Shown here piece after piece: positions 15,377 to 26,273 of a stretch of DNA of 32,000 nucleotides. The DNA comes from Sinorhizobium meliloti. GTDB taxonomy: Bacteria > Pseudomonadota > Alphaproteobacteria > Rhizobiales > Rhizobiaceae. The stretch spans positions 540,001 through 572,000 of the forward strand of contig NZ_JAGIOS010000003.1 in assembly GCF_017876815.1 (NCBI RefSeq), written 5' to 3'. Under the pieces are notes generated by a model. The model saw nothing but the letters and a program-made list of their open reading frames with translations. It made no database searches and had not been told where the DNA came from. Positions within the stretch are counted from its first letter, which is position 1. The number at the start of each line of letters is the position of its first letter. A program made the translations under genes and the position numbers.

Positions 15377-17203
15377 ATGTGCGGGATTGTTGGCATCGTG
15401 GGGAATCAGCCGGTATCGGAGCGGCTGGTCGAAGCATTGAAGCGCCTGGAGTATCGCGGCTACGATTCGGCCGGCGTCGCGACGATCGACGCGGGAACGC
15501 TGCAGCGCCGGCGGGCCGAGGGCAAGCTGGTCAACCTCGAGAGCAGGTTGAGAGAGGAGCCTCTGGCCGGTACCATCGGCATCGCCCACACGCGCTGGGC
15601 AACCCATGGAGCACCCACGGAACGCAACGCCCACCCGCATTTCACTGAAGGCGTCGCCGTGGTTCACAACGGCATCATCGAGAATTTCGCCGAGCTCAAG
15701 GACGAGTTGGCGGCAGCAGGAGCGGAATTCCAGACGGAGACGGACACCGAGGTCGTCGCGCATCTTCTGGCGAAATACCGGCGCGATGGACTGGGGCGGC
15801 GCGAGGCGATGCATGCCATGCTGAAGCGCGTCAAGGGCGCCTACGCACTGGCCGTTCTCTTCGAGGACGATCCGTCGACCATCATGGCGGCACGCAACGG
15901 GCCGCCGCTGGCGATCGGCCACGGCAACGGCGAGATGTTCCTGGGTTCGGACGCGATCGCGCTTGCTCCCTTCACCAATGAAATCACCTATCTCATCGAT
16001 GGTGACTGGGCCGTCATCGGCAAGACCGGCGTCCATATCTTCGATTTCGACGGCAATGTCGTCGAACGTCCGCGCCAGATTTCGACGGCTGCTGCCTTTC
16101 TGGTGGACAAGGGCAACCATCGCCATTTCATGGAGAAGGAGATCTATGAGCAGCCGGAGGTCATCGCCCATGCTCTCGGGCATTATGTGAATTTCATAGA
16201 AAATCGTGTCGTTCCGATTTCCGACGCCATCGATTTCGGCAAGGTCCCGAGCCTGGCGATCTCTGCCTGCGGCACAGCTTATCTCGCAGGCCTGATCGGC
16301 AAATACTGGTTCGAGCGCTATGCCCGCCTGCCGGTCGAAATCGACGTCGCGTCCGAATTCCGCTACCGCGAGATACCGCTGTCGCCGCAGTCGGCGGCTC
16401 TTTTCATCTCGCAGTCGGGCGAGACCGCCGACACACTGGCCTCGCTGAGATATTGCAAGGAGCACGGCCTCAAGATCGGCGCGGTGGTCAATGCCCGCGA
16501 GTCGACCATCGCACGGGAATCCGATGCGGTCTTTCCGATTCTTGCGGGCCCGGAGATCGGCGTCGCCTCGACCAAGGCTTTCACCTGCCAGCTTGCCGTC
16601 TTGGCCGCACTTGCGGTCGGCGCGGGCAGGGCCCGCGGAACGATCAGCGGCGAAGAGGAGCAAGCGCTCGTAAAGAGCCTTGCCGAAATGCCGCGCATCA
16701 TGGGTCAGGTGCTGAACAGCATCCAGCCGAAGATCGAGAGTCTGTCGCGCGAACTGTCCAAATGCCACGACGTCCTTTATCTCGGCCGCGGCACCAGCTT
16801 CCCGCTGGCAATGGAAGGGGCGCTGAAGCTCAAGGAGATTTCGTATATCCACGCCGAAGGTTACGCCGCTGGCGAGCTGAAGCACGGACCGATCGCCCTG
16901 ATCGACGAAAACATGCCCGTCATCGTCATCGCGCCGCATGACCGCTTCTTCGACAAGACGGTATCGAACATGCAGGAGGTGGCCGCACGCGGCGGCCGTA
17001 TCATCCTGATAACCGACGAGAAAGGTGCAGCCGCGTCGAAGCTCGATACGATGCACACGATCGTGCTGCCGGAGGTCGACGAGATCATCGCGCCGATGAT
17101 CTTCTCATTGCCGCTCCAGCTTCTCGCCTACCATACCGCCGTCTTCATGGGGACCGACGTGGACCAGCCGCGCAACCTTGCGAAATCGGTAACGGTCGAA
17201 TGA
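15377..17203 (+). CDS. nodM: Glutamine-fructose-6-phosphate aminotransferase (GlmS paralog NodM), 608 aa
   Basis: MCGIVGIVGNQPV… (Ntn Cys directly after Met), two SIS-domain regions, and a C-terminal …DVDQPRNLAKSVTVE. The ORF-track start at 15314 would bury the catalytic Cys, so the ATG at 15377 is preferred. Confidence 0.9.
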   Translation: MCGIVGIVGNQPVSERLVEALKRLEYRGYDSAGVATIDAGTLQRRRAEGKLVNLESRLREEPLAGTIGIAHTRWATHGAPTERNAHPHFTEGVAVVHNGIIENFAELKDELAAAGAEFQTETDTEVVAHLLAKYRRDGLGRREAMHAMLKRVKGAYALAVLFEDDPSTIMAARNGPPLAIGHGNGEMFLGSDAIALAPFTNEITYLIDGDWAVIGKTGVHIFDFDGNVVERPRQISTAAAFLVDKGNHRHFMEKEIYEQPEVIAHALGHYVNFIENRVVPISDAIDFGKVPSLAISACGTAYLAGLIGKYWFERYARLPVEIDVASEFRYREIPLSPQSAALFISQSGETADTLASLRYCKEHGLKIGAVVNARESTIARESDAVFPILAGPEIGVASTKAFTCQLAVLAALAVGAGRARGTISGEEEQALVKSLAEMPRIMGQVLNSIQPKIESLSRELSKCHDVLYLGRGTSFPLAMEGALKLKEISYIHAEGYAAGELKHGPIALIDENMPVIVIAPHDRFFDKTVSNMQEVAARGGRIILITDEKGAAASKLDTMHTIVLPEVDEIIAPMIFSLPLQLLAYHTAVFMGTDVDQPRNLAKSVTVE

Positions 17204-17260
17204 TGGCGCCACTTTCATAGTTGGCAACGCTCCTCCAGCAAACGTCGAATAGAGCTCAAG

Positions 17261-18364
17261 ATGACGATATCTGCTCAGTGCAATCTCCAGAAACTGGCGT
17301 TCGCCACAACCCTGGCCGTGACCATCGTTCTTTCGCAAGGTCGGGCAATTGGGCAGGTTAAACACGGTAGCCCGATCGAGCTTGCCAAAGCCGACGTAAG
17401 CACCGCCGTCCGGCAAGACATGGCAAACGAAGTTCGTATAGTCGGCTCTCTAACGCCCATTCGACGTTCTACACTGACCTCGCGCGTGTCCTCGACGATT
17501 ATTGAACTACCTGTTCAGATCGGGGACGTGGTCAATACCGGCGATCTCCTCGTCCGTTTCGAAAGGGGAGCTCTCGAATCGGCGGTGACGGGGCGAAAAG
17601 CAGAGGCGGATGCCCTTAGCGCGCAGACCGAACTCGCCGAGGCAGTGCTTGAGCGAAACACGCGACTGGGTGAACGAGGCGCGGCATCGGAGGCCACGAG
17701 GCTTGCTGCGCTGGCGGATGTGCTTGATCTTCGCGCGCAGCTAAGATCGAAACAGGCCGAGGTTTCGGACGCCGAACGATCGCTCTCCCATGCAGAAGTG
17801 CGAGCCGAGTTCGGTGGCGTTATTGCTGCGCGTTCGGTTGAAGAGGGCCAGACAGTTCCGCTGAATACCCAACTGATGACTATTGTCGAGCTCAATCGGC
17901 TGGAAGTTGACGCCGGTGTTCCCACAAGCCGCATCCCGCTCATTCGCCTCAAGCAGTCCGTAGAGCTGACGGTAGAGGGTTTTCCGGGCCGGACGTTTTC
18001 CGGAGAGGTCGCTCGTATCTCGCCCACCGCCGACGCCGGATCCCGTGCTGTGCGAGTGTTCATCGCCGTCGACAACGAGGAAGGCCTGTTGAGAGGCGGA
18101 ATGTTCACCATCGGCGATCTAAGAGTAGACGACCAGAAGGATGTCATCGCACTACCGGCGGCTTCAATCCGACACGACGCAGATGGTTTTTTCGTTCTCA
18201 AGGTGGAAGCGGGCGTTTTGCAAAGGCGACCTGTCGGGCTCGGCAGGAGTTGGAGCGACCGTGATCTTGTGCAGGTGTCGGGAGTGAGTGAGGGCGATGT
18301 TATCGTAACCGCCCCATTGCCCGATCTCGTCGTCAATACGCCCGTGATCATCGAGGGCATCTGA
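17261..18364 (+). CDS. nolF: RND efflux membrane-fusion (periplasmic adaptor) protein
   Basis: The 367-aa ORF has a signal-like N-terminus, a coiled-coil middle (…AEADALSAQTELAEAVLERNTRL…) and beta-barrel motifs of the HlyD/AcrA family. It lies immediately upstream of the RND pump gene. Confidence 0.85.
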   Translation: MTISAQCNLQKLAFATTLAVTIVLSQGRAIGQVKHGSPIELAKADVSTAVRQDMANEVRIVGSLTPIRRSTLTSRVSSTIIELPVQIGDVVNTGDLLVRFERGALESAVTGRKAEADALSAQTELAEAVLERNTRLGERGAASEATRLAALADVLDLRAQLRSKQAEVSDAERSLSHAEVRAEFGGVIAARSVEEGQTVPLNTQLMTIVELNRLEVDAGVPTSRIPLIRLKQSVELTVEGFPGRTFSGEVARISPTADAGSRAVRVFIAVDNEEGLLRGGMFTIGDLRVDDQKDVIALPAASIRHDADGFFVLKVEAGVLQRRPVGLGRSWSDRDLVQVSGVSEGDVIVTAPLPDLVVNTPVIIEGI

Positions 18365-18367
18365 GGG

Positions 18368-21300
18368 ATGTTCCTCACACGTATCAGCATCAACCATCCG
18401 GTCTTCGCTACCATGATGATGGTGATGATCCTTGTCCTTGGTCTGTTTTCATATGGTCGACTCGGTGTCGATCACTACCCCGAGACCGACCTGCCAGTCG
18501 TAGTGGTCGCGACCACCTACACCGGAGCATCGCCCGAATCGGTCGAAAGCGAGATCTCACGGCCGATTGAGGCGGCGCTCAACACTATCGGCGGAATCGA
18601 CACCATCACCTCGGAATCCTACGAAGGGCGTTCGATCGTCGTGGTGCAGTTCGAAGTCGATGTCGATTCACAAGACGCGGCACAGGAGGTGCGCGACAGG
18701 GTTGCGCGTCTTGAAACTAAGTTTCCCGACGGAGTGGCGACCCCTCAGGTCACGCGATACAAGCCGGAAGGCCAGGCAATCCTCTCTGTTGCAGTGTCCT
18801 CGACGAGCCGGACGCTGCCCGAAATCACCACGCTTGCCACTCGCGTGATCAACAATCGCCTGAGCGTTATATCGGGCGTCGGCCAAGTTTCACTGATTGG
18901 CAGCAGCGAGCGGCAAGTTCTCGTTGTTGTGGACCCTGATCGTCTCGGGGCCTACGGCCTCGCTGTCTCCACCGTCATCGAAGCAATCCGAGGCGAAAAC
19001 CAGGATCGGGCGGCGGGAACGCTTATATCCGGCATCAATCAGCGAATCGTAACGGTCGAGGGACGCATTGCGAATACTTCAGGCTTCAACCGCATCATCG
19101 TCGCTCAAAGAAGCGGCTATCCCGTCTACCTTTCGGAAGTGGCAACCATTCTCGACACAGGCGCCGAAGTTACCAGCCTTGCAAACTACCAAGGCCAGAC
19201 AACTCTCGGTTTGCACATCGTTAAGGTCCAAGGCGCCAACACGGTCGAGGTTGCGTCCGCAGTTCGCAGGGAGGTTTCCGCGCTGAACGCAGAACTGACA
19301 AAGGACAACGTCCAACTCACCATCACACGTGACAACTCCCGCCCCATTGCCTCCCAGGTTTCCCAAGTACAGCGAACGCTGGTCGAAGGAGGTGTTCTGT
19401 CAGTGCTGATCGTGTTCATATTTTTGAACTCCTGGCGATCCACGGTTATCACCGGCCTTACCCTCCCCATTTCAGTTATTGGCACATTCGCGGCAATTTA
19501 CGCTCTCGGCTTCACGCTGAACATCATGACGCTTATGGCACTCTCCTTGTCCATCGGCATTCTGATTGACGATGCGATAGTCGTACGTGAAAACATCACT
19601 CGCCATCTACAAATGGGCAAGGATCCTGTAAGGGCGGCTCTGGATGGAACCAACGAGATTGGCCTTGCAGTGCTGTCGACAACACTGTGCATCGTCGCTG
19701 TGTTTCTGCCGGTTGCCTTCATGGGCGGGCTGATCGGTCGCTTTTTCCTTCAGTTTGGCGTTACCGTAGCCGTGGCCGTGGTCATTTCGCTCTTTGTGTC
19801 CTTTACTCTTGATCCGATGCTGTCGAGCATTTGGTGCGATCCCCAATCTCAAAAAACTGCCAAGCGAGGTTTCTTCGGGCAACTGATTGAGTGGTTCGAT
19901 CAATGGTTCGAGGGACTTGCAAGCCGCTATCGCTCGGTTATCTACTTCACATTCGACTACCGGAAAACGACAATTGCTATTGTCCTAGGCATGTTTGTCG
20001 TCAGCCTGCTGCTTGTTCCGCGCATCGGAACTGAGTTTTTGCCGCCACCCGACCAGGGAGAAGTGAGCATATCGCTGGAAGCCAACGAAGGCGCTTCCCT
20101 CGATTACATGGCCGCGAAAGTCGGTCAGATCGAACGAGCACTGCGAGAATTCAATTATGTCTCCTCGACGTATTCCACTATCAATTCCGGGGAAATGCGT
20201 GGCTTCAACAAGGCCCTGGTGGCCGTGCAACTTGTGCACAGCAGTCAAAGGAGGCTGAAGACGGCGGAAACCCTCGGTCCTATCCGCCGGCGGCTTTCCA
20301 GGATCGCCGGCCTCGAAATCTCAGTCGGACAGCGTTCGGAAGTGGTCGGATCGATAAAGCCGTTACAATTGTCGATCCTCGGGGATGGTGACGAGGAGTT
20401 GCGACGGATCTCCGATCACATCACCTCGGTGCTTGCGGCCATTCCGGGCGCTACGGAGATCGAATCTTCAATCGAAAAGCTTCGACCAACGCTGGCTGTT
20501 CGGGTACGCCGCGAGGCGGCGAGCGATCTCGGCGTGTCGATCGCAACGATAGGCGATACACTCAGGTCACTAGTCGCGGGTGATGCAATATCTGTATGGA
20601 ACAGCCCTGACGGAGAAACCCACGATGTCGTGGTGCGCCTCCCCGCCGCCGGCCGAGAGAACGCCGCACAGCTCCGTAATCTTCCAATCGCCACCGCTCG
20701 TATGGACGACAATGGCAAGCCGATAATGGTCTTACTGGATCAGGTAGCCGATGTCGTCGAGAGCACCGCGCCTGCTCAGATCACCCGCAAGGATCTGTCC
20801 CGGGACATTCGCATATCCAGCAACATTGAAGGAAGGACGTTGGGCGACGTTGTGGCCGATCTGAAGGCCGCGATGACAAAGATGGATATCCCAGTGGGGT
20901 TTCGAATTTCATTCGGCGGCGATGCGGAGAACCTGACCGAGAGCACCGCCTATGCACTCCAGTCGCTGGCGATGGCCGTCATCTTCATCTACATTATCTT
21001 GGCTTCTCAGTTCGGCTCCTTCATCCAGCCAATCGCCATCATCATGACAATGCCGCTATCCTTGATGGGTGTCCTGCTTGGCCTTCTGTTTACGGGCTCC
21101 ACACTCAATATGTTCTCGATGATCGGCATCATGATGCTGATGGGTTTGGTGACAAAGAACGCGATCCTTCTGGTCGACTACTCCAATCTAGGCGTTCGCG
21201 AAGGCAAAAGCCTGCGTCAGAGCCTTGCAGATGCCGGAGCGGTAAGACTCCGGCCGATCGTGATGACGACCCTCGCCATGATTTTCGGTATGCTCCCAAC

Positions 21301-21565
21301 AGCCCTGGGCTTGGGCGAAGGCGGCGCGCAGCGCGCGCCAATGGCCCATGCAATCATCGGCGGGTTGATATCCTCCACCCTCCTCAGTTTGGTCTTTGTG
21401 CCTGTCGTGCTGACTTATCTTGATGCCTTCGCCGGGCGCGTAAGGCGCTGGGTGCCTTCTCCTACTGGATCGAATGCTTCGGCTCAGCACGACGGGTCCG
21501 ATAAGACTAAAGCTCCTACTTGCGCTCTCACAAGCCAGGATCAGTTAGGGACAACAATTATGTGA
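18368..21565 (+). CDS. nolG: RND (AcrB/HAE1-type) inner-membrane efflux transporter, 1065 aa
   Basis: [32 protein letters not shown]… has the typical AcrB-family N-terminus and 12-TM organisation. It starts 4 nt after the nolF stop. Confidence 0.9.
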   Translation: MFLTRISINHPVFATMMMVMILVLGLFSYGRLGVDHYPETDLPVVVVATTYTGASPESVESEISRPIEAALNTIGGIDTITSESYEGRSIVVVQFEVDVDSQDAAQEVRDRVARLETKFPDGVATPQVTRYKPEGQAILSVAVSSTSRTLPEITTLATRVINNRLSVISGVGQVSLIGSSERQVLVVVDPDRLGAYGLAVSTVIEAIRGENQDRAAGTLISGINQRIVTVEGRIANTSGFNRIIVAQRSGYPVYLSEVATILDTGAEVTSLANYQGQTTLGLHIVKVQGANTVEVASAVRREVSALNAELTKDNVQLTITRDNSRPIASQVSQVQRTLVEGGVLSVLIVFIFLNSWRSTVITGLTLPISVIGTFAAIYALGFTLNIMTLMALSLSIGILIDDAIVVRENITRHLQMGKDPVRAALDGTNEIGLAVLSTTLCIVAVFLPVAFMGGLIGRFFLQFGVTVAVAVVISLFVSFTLDPMLSSIWCDPQSQKTAKRGFFGQLIEWFDQWFEGLASRYRSVIYFTFDYRKTTIAIVLGMFVVSLLLVPRIGTEFLPPPDQGEVSISLEANEGASLDYMAAKVGQIERALREFNYVSSTYSTINSGEMRGFNKALVAVQLVHSSQRRLKTAETLGPIRRRLSRIAGLEISVGQRSEVVGSIKPLQLSILGDGDEELRRISDHITSVLAAIPGATEIESSIEKLRPTLAVRVRREAASDLGVSIATIGDTLRSLVAGDAISVWNSPDGETHDVVVRLPAAGRENAAQLRNLPIATARMDDNGKPIMVLLDQVADVVESTAPAQITRKDLSRDIRISSNIEGRTLGDVVADLKAAMTKMDIPVGFRISFGGDAENLTESTAYALQSLAMAVIFIYIILASQFGSFIQPIAIIMTMPLSLMGVLLGLLFTGSTLNMFSMIGIMMLMGLVTKNAILLVDYSNLGVREGKSLRQSLADAGAVRLRPIVMTTLAMIFGMLPTALGLGEGGAQRAPMAHAIIGGLISSTLLSLVFVPVVLTYLDAFAGRVRRWVPSPTGSNASAQHDGSDKTKAPTCALTSQDQLGTTIM

Positions 21566-21571
21566 GGTCGC

Positions 21572-22057
21572 GTGCATGAGATTTCCCTTTCGGACGTGTC
21601 GAGCTTGGTTGGACAGGAACTCGGCACATCCAAATGGATCACCATCGATCAGGCGATGATCAACCTCTTCGCCGATGCGACCCATGACCATCAATTCATC
21701 CACGTAGATCCGAACCGCGCAGCGGCAGAGAGTCCGTTTGGCGGCACGATCGCTCATGGTTTCTTGACGCTGGCGCTTCTGTCGGTGATGAACTTCAGCG
21801 GTATGCCGAAGTTTCGCGAGCAAACCCTGGGCATCAATTACGGTTTCGACCGCGTCCGCTTCATCTCACCGGTCAGGACCGGCAGCCGTGTGCATGGTCG
21901 CTTCGTGCTTTCGGATTGCCGCTTACGCCGCGCCAGCATACTAATGACAGCCTACAACGTGACGGTTGAGATCGAGAACGAGAATAAACCTGCACTCACT
22001 GCCAACTGGATCGCTATCGCCCAGTTCAATCCCAAGGACCGGCCAAAAGCCGGTTGA
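21572..22057 (+). CDS. nodN: MaoC-like (hot-dog fold) dehydratase NodN, 161 aa
   Basis: …FADATHDHQFIHVDPNRAAAESPFGGTIAHGFLTL… is the MaoC dehydratase signature. It is the last gene of the nodM-nolFG operon, as known for S. meliloti. Confidence 0.85.
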   Translation: MHEISLSDVSSLVGQELGTSKWITIDQAMINLFADATHDHQFIHVDPNRAAAESPFGGTIAHGFLTLALLSVMNFSGMPKFREQTLGINYGFDRVRFISPVRTGSRVHGRFVLSDCRLRRASILMTAYNVTVEIENENKPALTANWIAIAQFNPKDRPKAG

Positions 22058-22144
22058 GTATCGCTGCCAGCTTGATGAAGGTGCATGCATCCCGATGTTC
22101 TGGATGCACCCGCCATCGGAGCGCGAATACTCCTAGGAAACAGA

Positions 22145-23470
22145 TCACGTCCCCCGGTGCGTCGGCGCAAGGGAATGGGATTGGAAGATGTTGGAAACTT
22201 CGAAGATCAAGTCGCGCGTTCCGTGATACAGAATTGTGAGCTTGTGCTGACTGCCCAGTTGGTCGAAGACAGGAAACCCGACGCGCATTAGCGGAGTGCC
22301 GAGACGTGCTGAAGCGTGCTGGCCGTGCGAATGCGTGACGAGAAGATCAGCATGGGTGGCAAGACTTTCCAAGTCGCCGAGATCACCGACCTGAATTATT
22401 TCCACCGGGACTTTGTGGAGGATTTTCGACGCACCTTTCGTGGTAACGGCTGCCACAATCTCGGCACCCAGGCAAATGAAGAACGTAGCGAGTTGATAGA
22501 GCTGGTCCGGCTCGGCTGCGATCGCAATCTTCTTGCCAGCCGAGTGGAAATGTCCGTCCAGGAGGGCGTCCTGCAGCTGTGCGCGGCGCCGGCGGACTTT
22601 CGCTGGCGCGGGCCGACCGGAAATAGAGGAAAGTAGCGAGACAAACCGGTCGACTGCATTTAATCCTGTCAGCGACTGAAACAGCACGTAAGGAACTCCG
22701 GTCAGCGTCTTCATCTCCTCTGCTGGACCGCGCATATGCTCACCAATCGCTATGCACTGCGCTGCTGTGCCAAGCTCGCGTATCTCCTCGACGCTGATGC
22801 CGCCGTATGTCGTCGGCACCCAGCGGTCATCGGGCACTATACCATCAAGCGAGCCAGAGAGGTCCGGCAGGATGATCGGCTTGAGCCCGAAGCTTTCTAC
22901 TATATCGCGCAACTGCTCGATGTCAGCTATAGTGAGATTCCACCCCGGGAGGATTGCTATAGTTCTCGACTGCCGCTCCTGCTCGCCGATTCGTGTAATC
23001 GCTTTGATCATTACTGTGACAGCCTTGGCCCAACCCTCCTCCATAGCGCCGTCAAAATCCGGTGTATTGGCCAGCACGACGTCGGTACCTGTGAGTTCTT
23101 CCGCGCGCTCCAGCTTGATACTGGCGAGATCACCCGCCAGATCTTCGCCACGAGTTTCCACCAGCGCCGTGGTGCATATACCGATCAGCTTTGGCTTTGC
23201 GCGAATTTTGAGATTGAGGATCGCCTGCTCCAAATGACCCGCCCCGCCGAGGACTATTGCCACGTCGTCCATCGCGGTGGTTTGCAAGGGAATCGCTTCC
23301 TTGAAGTGCCTAACAAGAAGCACCAGTGCAAAGCTGGTGCAACCTTGACTGCCATGGAATAGCGGTATCGCACCACCGACACCAAGGAAGGCCAAGGCGC
23401 CACCCAGCGGCTGCGACGATTTCAGCGGGTTGATCGTTGCCCATTTAGTCTGAGAAAGGATGCGGACCAT
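22145..23470 (-). CDS. nifN: Nitrogenase FeMo-cofactor biosynthesis scaffold subunit NifN, 441 aa
   Basis: …NPLKSSQPLGGALAFLGVGGAIPLFHGSQGCTSFALVLLVRHFKEAIPLQTTAM… is the typical NifN/NifK-like N-terminus. It is convergent with nodN. Confidence 0.9.
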   Translation of the reverse strand: MVRILSQTKWATINPLKSSQPLGGALAFLGVGGAIPLFHGSQGCTSFALVLLVRHFKEAIPLQTTAMDDVAIVLGGAGHLEQAILNLKIRAKPKLIGICTTALVETRGEDLAGDLASIKLERAEELTGTDVVLANTPDFDGAMEEGWAKAVTVMIKAITRIGEQERQSRTIAILPGWNLTIADIEQLRDIVESFGLKPIILPDLSGSLDGIVPDDRWVPTTYGGISVEEIRELGTAAQCIAIGEHMRGPAEEMKTLTGVPYVLFQSLTGLNAVDRFVSLLSSISGRPAPAKVRRRRAQLQDALLDGHFHSAGKKIAIAAEPDQLYQLATFFICLGAEIVAAVTTKGASKILHKVPVEIIQVGDLGDLESLATHADLLVTHSHGQHASARLGTPLMRVGFPVFDQLGSQHKLTILYHGTRDLIFEVSNIFQSHSLAPTHRGT

Positions 23471-23877
23471 CAGCTTTCTTCGGTCTCACGACCTTCATGA
23501 TCTGCCTGATGGCCTAACTCTGGGTTAGCCCCGATTTCTTGACCGTCATGCCAACGACGTTCGTGCCGATCTACATCTAGGCCGACCAGAACTTTGTGCC
23601 GTCGGTGATGAGAAGGGTTGGCTTGCCGTTTAGAAGCGGTCGCTACGCCTCCATTCTGATCCACACCGTTGCATTTCCTATCGAGAGCGTTACCTCGGTG
23701 AGAACCCTTGGGTCGGCACGCAGTGAGGCGGTATGTACTTTGGGAGAAGAACTCCCCGAAGCGTCTTCTCCCGCAAAATGCGGTCTCACCCAAACGTGAC
23801 ATGGTTCTTTTAGTCCCTGGTTGATACGCTGACTACGACATGCATCGGCAGTTGTCGCCGTTTTATGACCGGGAATC

Positions 23878-23892
23878 TCAAAACTCGTGCCA
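23878..23892 (-). promoter_or_regulatory. Sigma54 (-24/-12)-type promoter upstream of nifN, with a non-consensus -12 (GA instead of GC)
   Basis: The minus strand reads TGGCACGAGTTTTGA (consensus TGGCAC-N5-TTGCA/T). It lies about 407 nt upstream of the nifN ATG. Confidence 0.5.
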
Positions 23893-23980
23893 ATTTTGTT
23901 AACTTCAGCTAAAGACCACTTTGTTGTTTGTTTCAGCTACTTATCCTCAGACGAGCTAAAGAGCTTAGCCAATCAAGCTC

Positions 23981-23996
23981 TGTCGCGGACCTCACA
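23981..23996. promoter_or_regulatory. NifA upstream activator sequence (TGT-N10-ACA)
   Basis: TGTCGCGGACCTCACA lies about 90-105 nt upstream of the -24/-12 element, which is the usual UAS distance. Confidence 0.5.
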
Positions 23997-24492
23997 AACC
24001 CTACACCGGTTAGGGTTCCCCGACCCATTGCGGCCAACGATTCCGGGAATTAATGCCGCGAAGATCGCGTTTGCGGGTGGCTGATGCGAAGTTCCTCTCT
24101 TCAGTGTCGTTGCGTGGTTGCGTCTGTAGTTCACTGAGGCTCTATAAGCTCAAAGAGAGTACTTCATACGCTGACGAGTGTAACATGGATTGAGTTGCGT
24201 TGAGACGAATGCCGAGAAACAAAGTGCCTGAAGGAAGCGGCGGGGCGTCGCCACGACCCGAAAAGGCGGCTGGCTGAACAGGTTCATGATTCGAAGGGTG
24301 CGGCTGCTATTAGGAGCAGGACGTACGGCAATCAGTACGCGAGTGGGGAGCGCAAGAGTATACCCAAAGGCGCTATCAAGAGCGGCGGGTATGTCGCACC
24401 AATTTGGTCGATTGGACGGTTCGAACCGCAGGAGCTCCGGAGAAAAGCGAGGAGTTCTTGATCAACATGCAAGTTAATGCTCTTTGCAACGT

Positions 24493-25419
24493 TTAACAGG
24501 TGTCCGACTGAGGATCAATGCGCGACGCCTCTTGCAACAGTATCTCCCGCAACCAAATGTTTCCGGGATCAGTGTTGTGAAGGGCGGGCCACTGGACAGC
24601 TTCAGTGAAAAAGAGGGGTGGCAGCGGAGATGTGACAATGCGCAGTGGTACCGTTTTTTCGAAATATTTAACCAAGCGCAATGGTATAGTTGCTATGCGG
24701 TTAGTACCCGACAACAGGCGTGGAATTAAGGTAAAACCTGGCACAACAAGCTCGATACGTCTATTGAAGCCGTGCTCAAGCAATAGCCATTGCTCGACGG
24801 AGGGCTTCATTTCTCGTCCGAACTGGGCTGCAACATGCCCCATCGACATATAGGTCTCGAACGAGATGTTCCCCAGTAGCTTCTTGTTGGTGGGGCAGCC
24901 GACGCACACGAGTGCCTCGTCGAACAATTTCGCTTTGGGATGCGCGCTCGACATGAACACGTCTGGAAAAATCAGAAAATCAACATCCCCCCGCCGGAGA
25001 AGCTCATGGGGATCATCATCGAGAGGGAGCAACTCGAAGCTGACACCGGGGGCCTCGCGAGCCACGCGTTCCACGATCCTCGCAAAGAATACAAGTATCA
25101 TGAAATCGGAAAGGATGATTCTGAAACGGCGATCCGACTGGGCCGGGTTTAGTGGATCCCAGGCAATGACGGAAAGCTGAATTTGCAGCAGGGCGTCGCG
25201 GACCGCGGGGGCGAGCGCCTCCGCACGGGGTGTAGGGACAAGTTCGCGGCCCTGCATCGAAAACAGCTCGTCGCCAAAATACGTGCGCAGGCGCGCGATA
25301 GCCGCACTCATGGCCGGTTGACTGAGGTTGATCCGGCGTGCGGCGGCCGTGAGCTTGCGCTCCGTCATCAGTGCGTCGAGCGCGACGAGGAGGTTTAGAT
25401 CTAGGCCCCTAAAACGCAT
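24493..25419 (-). CDS. nodD1: LysR-type nodulation regulator NodD (NodD1-like), 308 aa
   Basis: [45 protein letters not shown]… is the canonical NodD N-terminus. It is divergent from the nod box-nodABC. The ATG at 25419 is preferred; the ORF-track start at 25428 adds MPH. Confidence 0.9.
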   Translation of the reverse strand: MRFRGLDLNLLVALDALMTERKLTAAARRINLSQPAMSAAIARLRTYFGDELFSMQGRELVPTPRAEALAPAVRDALLQIQLSVIAWDPLNPAQSDRRFRIILSDFMILVFFARIVERVAREAPGVSFELLPLDDDPHELLRRGDVDFLIFPDVFMSSAHPKAKLFDEALVCVGCPTNKKLLGNISFETYMSMGHVAAQFGREMKPSVEQWLLLEHGFNRRIELVVPGFTLIPRLLSGTNRIATIPLRLVKYFEKTVPLRIVTSPLPPLFFTEAVQWPALHNTDPGNIWLREILLQEASRIDPQSDTC

Positions 25420-25426
25420 GTGCGGC

Positions 25427-25477
25427 ATCCATATCGCAGATGATCGTTATCCAAACAATCAATTTTACCAATCTTGC
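25427..25477 (+). promoter_or_regulatory. nod box of nodABCIJ
   Basis: ATCCATATCGCAGATGATCGTTATCCAAACAATCAATTTTACCAATCTTGC carries ATC-N9-GAT and ATC-N9-AAT units. It begins 8 nt from the nodD1 ATG. Confidence 0.9.
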
Positions 25478-25485
25478 AGAGTCCT

Positions 25486-25501
25486 ATTAGAGAACCCTGA
25501 A
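25486..25501 (+). promoter_or_regulatory. Candidate NolR operator downstream of the nodA nod box
   Basis: ATTAG-AGAACCCTG-AA matches (A/T)TTAG-N9-A(T/A). Confidence 0.45.
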
Positions 25502-25682
25502 CTTAATGAAATCAAGGTGCGGCGCGAGAAAAGTTTGATAAGTACAGGATGGTCCAAATTTAGAGCCGTCGCCTAAGCCCTCGACCAACGGTCCAGCGCT
25601 ACGGTGGCCTCCCCGGTGTGACTAGGCGGGTACACACCACTCTCGATCGTGCTTTGAAGAAACAACACACTGGAGTTCTTAT

Positions 25683-26273
25683 ATGTCCTTAAAAGTGCAG
25701 TGGAAACTATGCTGGGAAAATCAGCTGGAACGTGCAGACCACGAGGAGCTCTCAGAATTTTTTCGAAAATCCTATGGGCCCACAGGAGCGTTCCACGCGA
25801 AACCATTCGAGGGTGGCCGCAGTTGGGCGGGCGCGAGACCGGAACGCCGCGCAATTGCTTACGACTCGGTCGGGATAGCAAGCCACATGGGCGTGTTGCG
25901 CCGTTTCATTAAGGTTGGTGAGACTGATCTCCTTGTGGCTGAACTGGGCTTATACGCGGTGCGGCCCGATCTGGAGCGAATGGGCATCGCTCACTCGGTC
26001 GGTGCTTTGACTCCAACTTTGCGGGAGCTTGGTGTCCCATTCGCCTTTGGGACAGTTCGGCACGCCATGCGGAACCACGTTGAGAGATATTGCCAAAACG
26101 GGATGGCTAGCATTTTGACGGGGGTTCGAGTGCGGTCGAGCATCGCAGAGGTTAATCCCGATCTCCCTTCCACGCGCACCGAGGAGCCTCTCGTCGTGAT
26201 ATTCCCGGTTGGACGTCCGTTGAACGAATGGCCGCCAGGTACATTGATTGAACGGAACGGATCGGAGCTATGA
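25683..26273 (+). CDS. nodA: Nod factor N-acyltransferase NodA, 196 aa
   Basis: [54 protein letters not shown]… is the hallmark NodA sequence. It overlaps nodB (ATGA). Confidence 0.95.
   Translation: MSLKVQWKLCWENQLERADHEELSEFFRKSYGPTGAFHAKPFEGGRSWAGARPERRAIAYDSVGIASHMGVLRRFIKVGETDLLVAELGLYAVRPDLERMGIAHSVGALTPTLRELGVPFAFGTVRHAMRNHVERYCQNGMASILTGVRVRSSIAEVNPDLPSTRTEEPLVVIFPVGRPLNEWPPGTLIERNGSEL

Noticed and set aside
15356-17056. 566-aa ORF antisense to nodM. Similar long antisense or out-of-frame ORFs: 2093..3148(-), 11036..11947(+), 17515..18414(-), 28962..29615(-), 27438..28052(-), 1004..1693(-), 233..739(-).
   Set aside because: They overlap genes with strong family signatures. Their translations are Arg/Ala/Gly/Pro-rich with no motifs. 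This is the usual stop-codon-poor alternative-frame artefact of GC-rich DNA.
22086-22108. Hairpin TGCATCC-N9-GGATGCA between convergent nodN and nifN, considered as a bidirectional terminator
   Set aside because: The stem is only 7 bp with no U/A tract on either side. This is too weak to call.
23470-23802. 110-aa ORF upstream of nifN with a TGATG overlap, considered as a real co-translated gene
   Set aside because: It has low third-position GC, no Shine-Dalgarno, and an Arg/His/Gly-rich product without motifs. It is kept only as part of the nifN-leader finding.
24417-24430. GGTTCGAACC resembling a tRNA T-loop
   Set aside because: It is a simple 12-nt palindrome (CGGTTCGAACCG). No flanking T-stem, acceptor stem or anticodon arm could be drawn.
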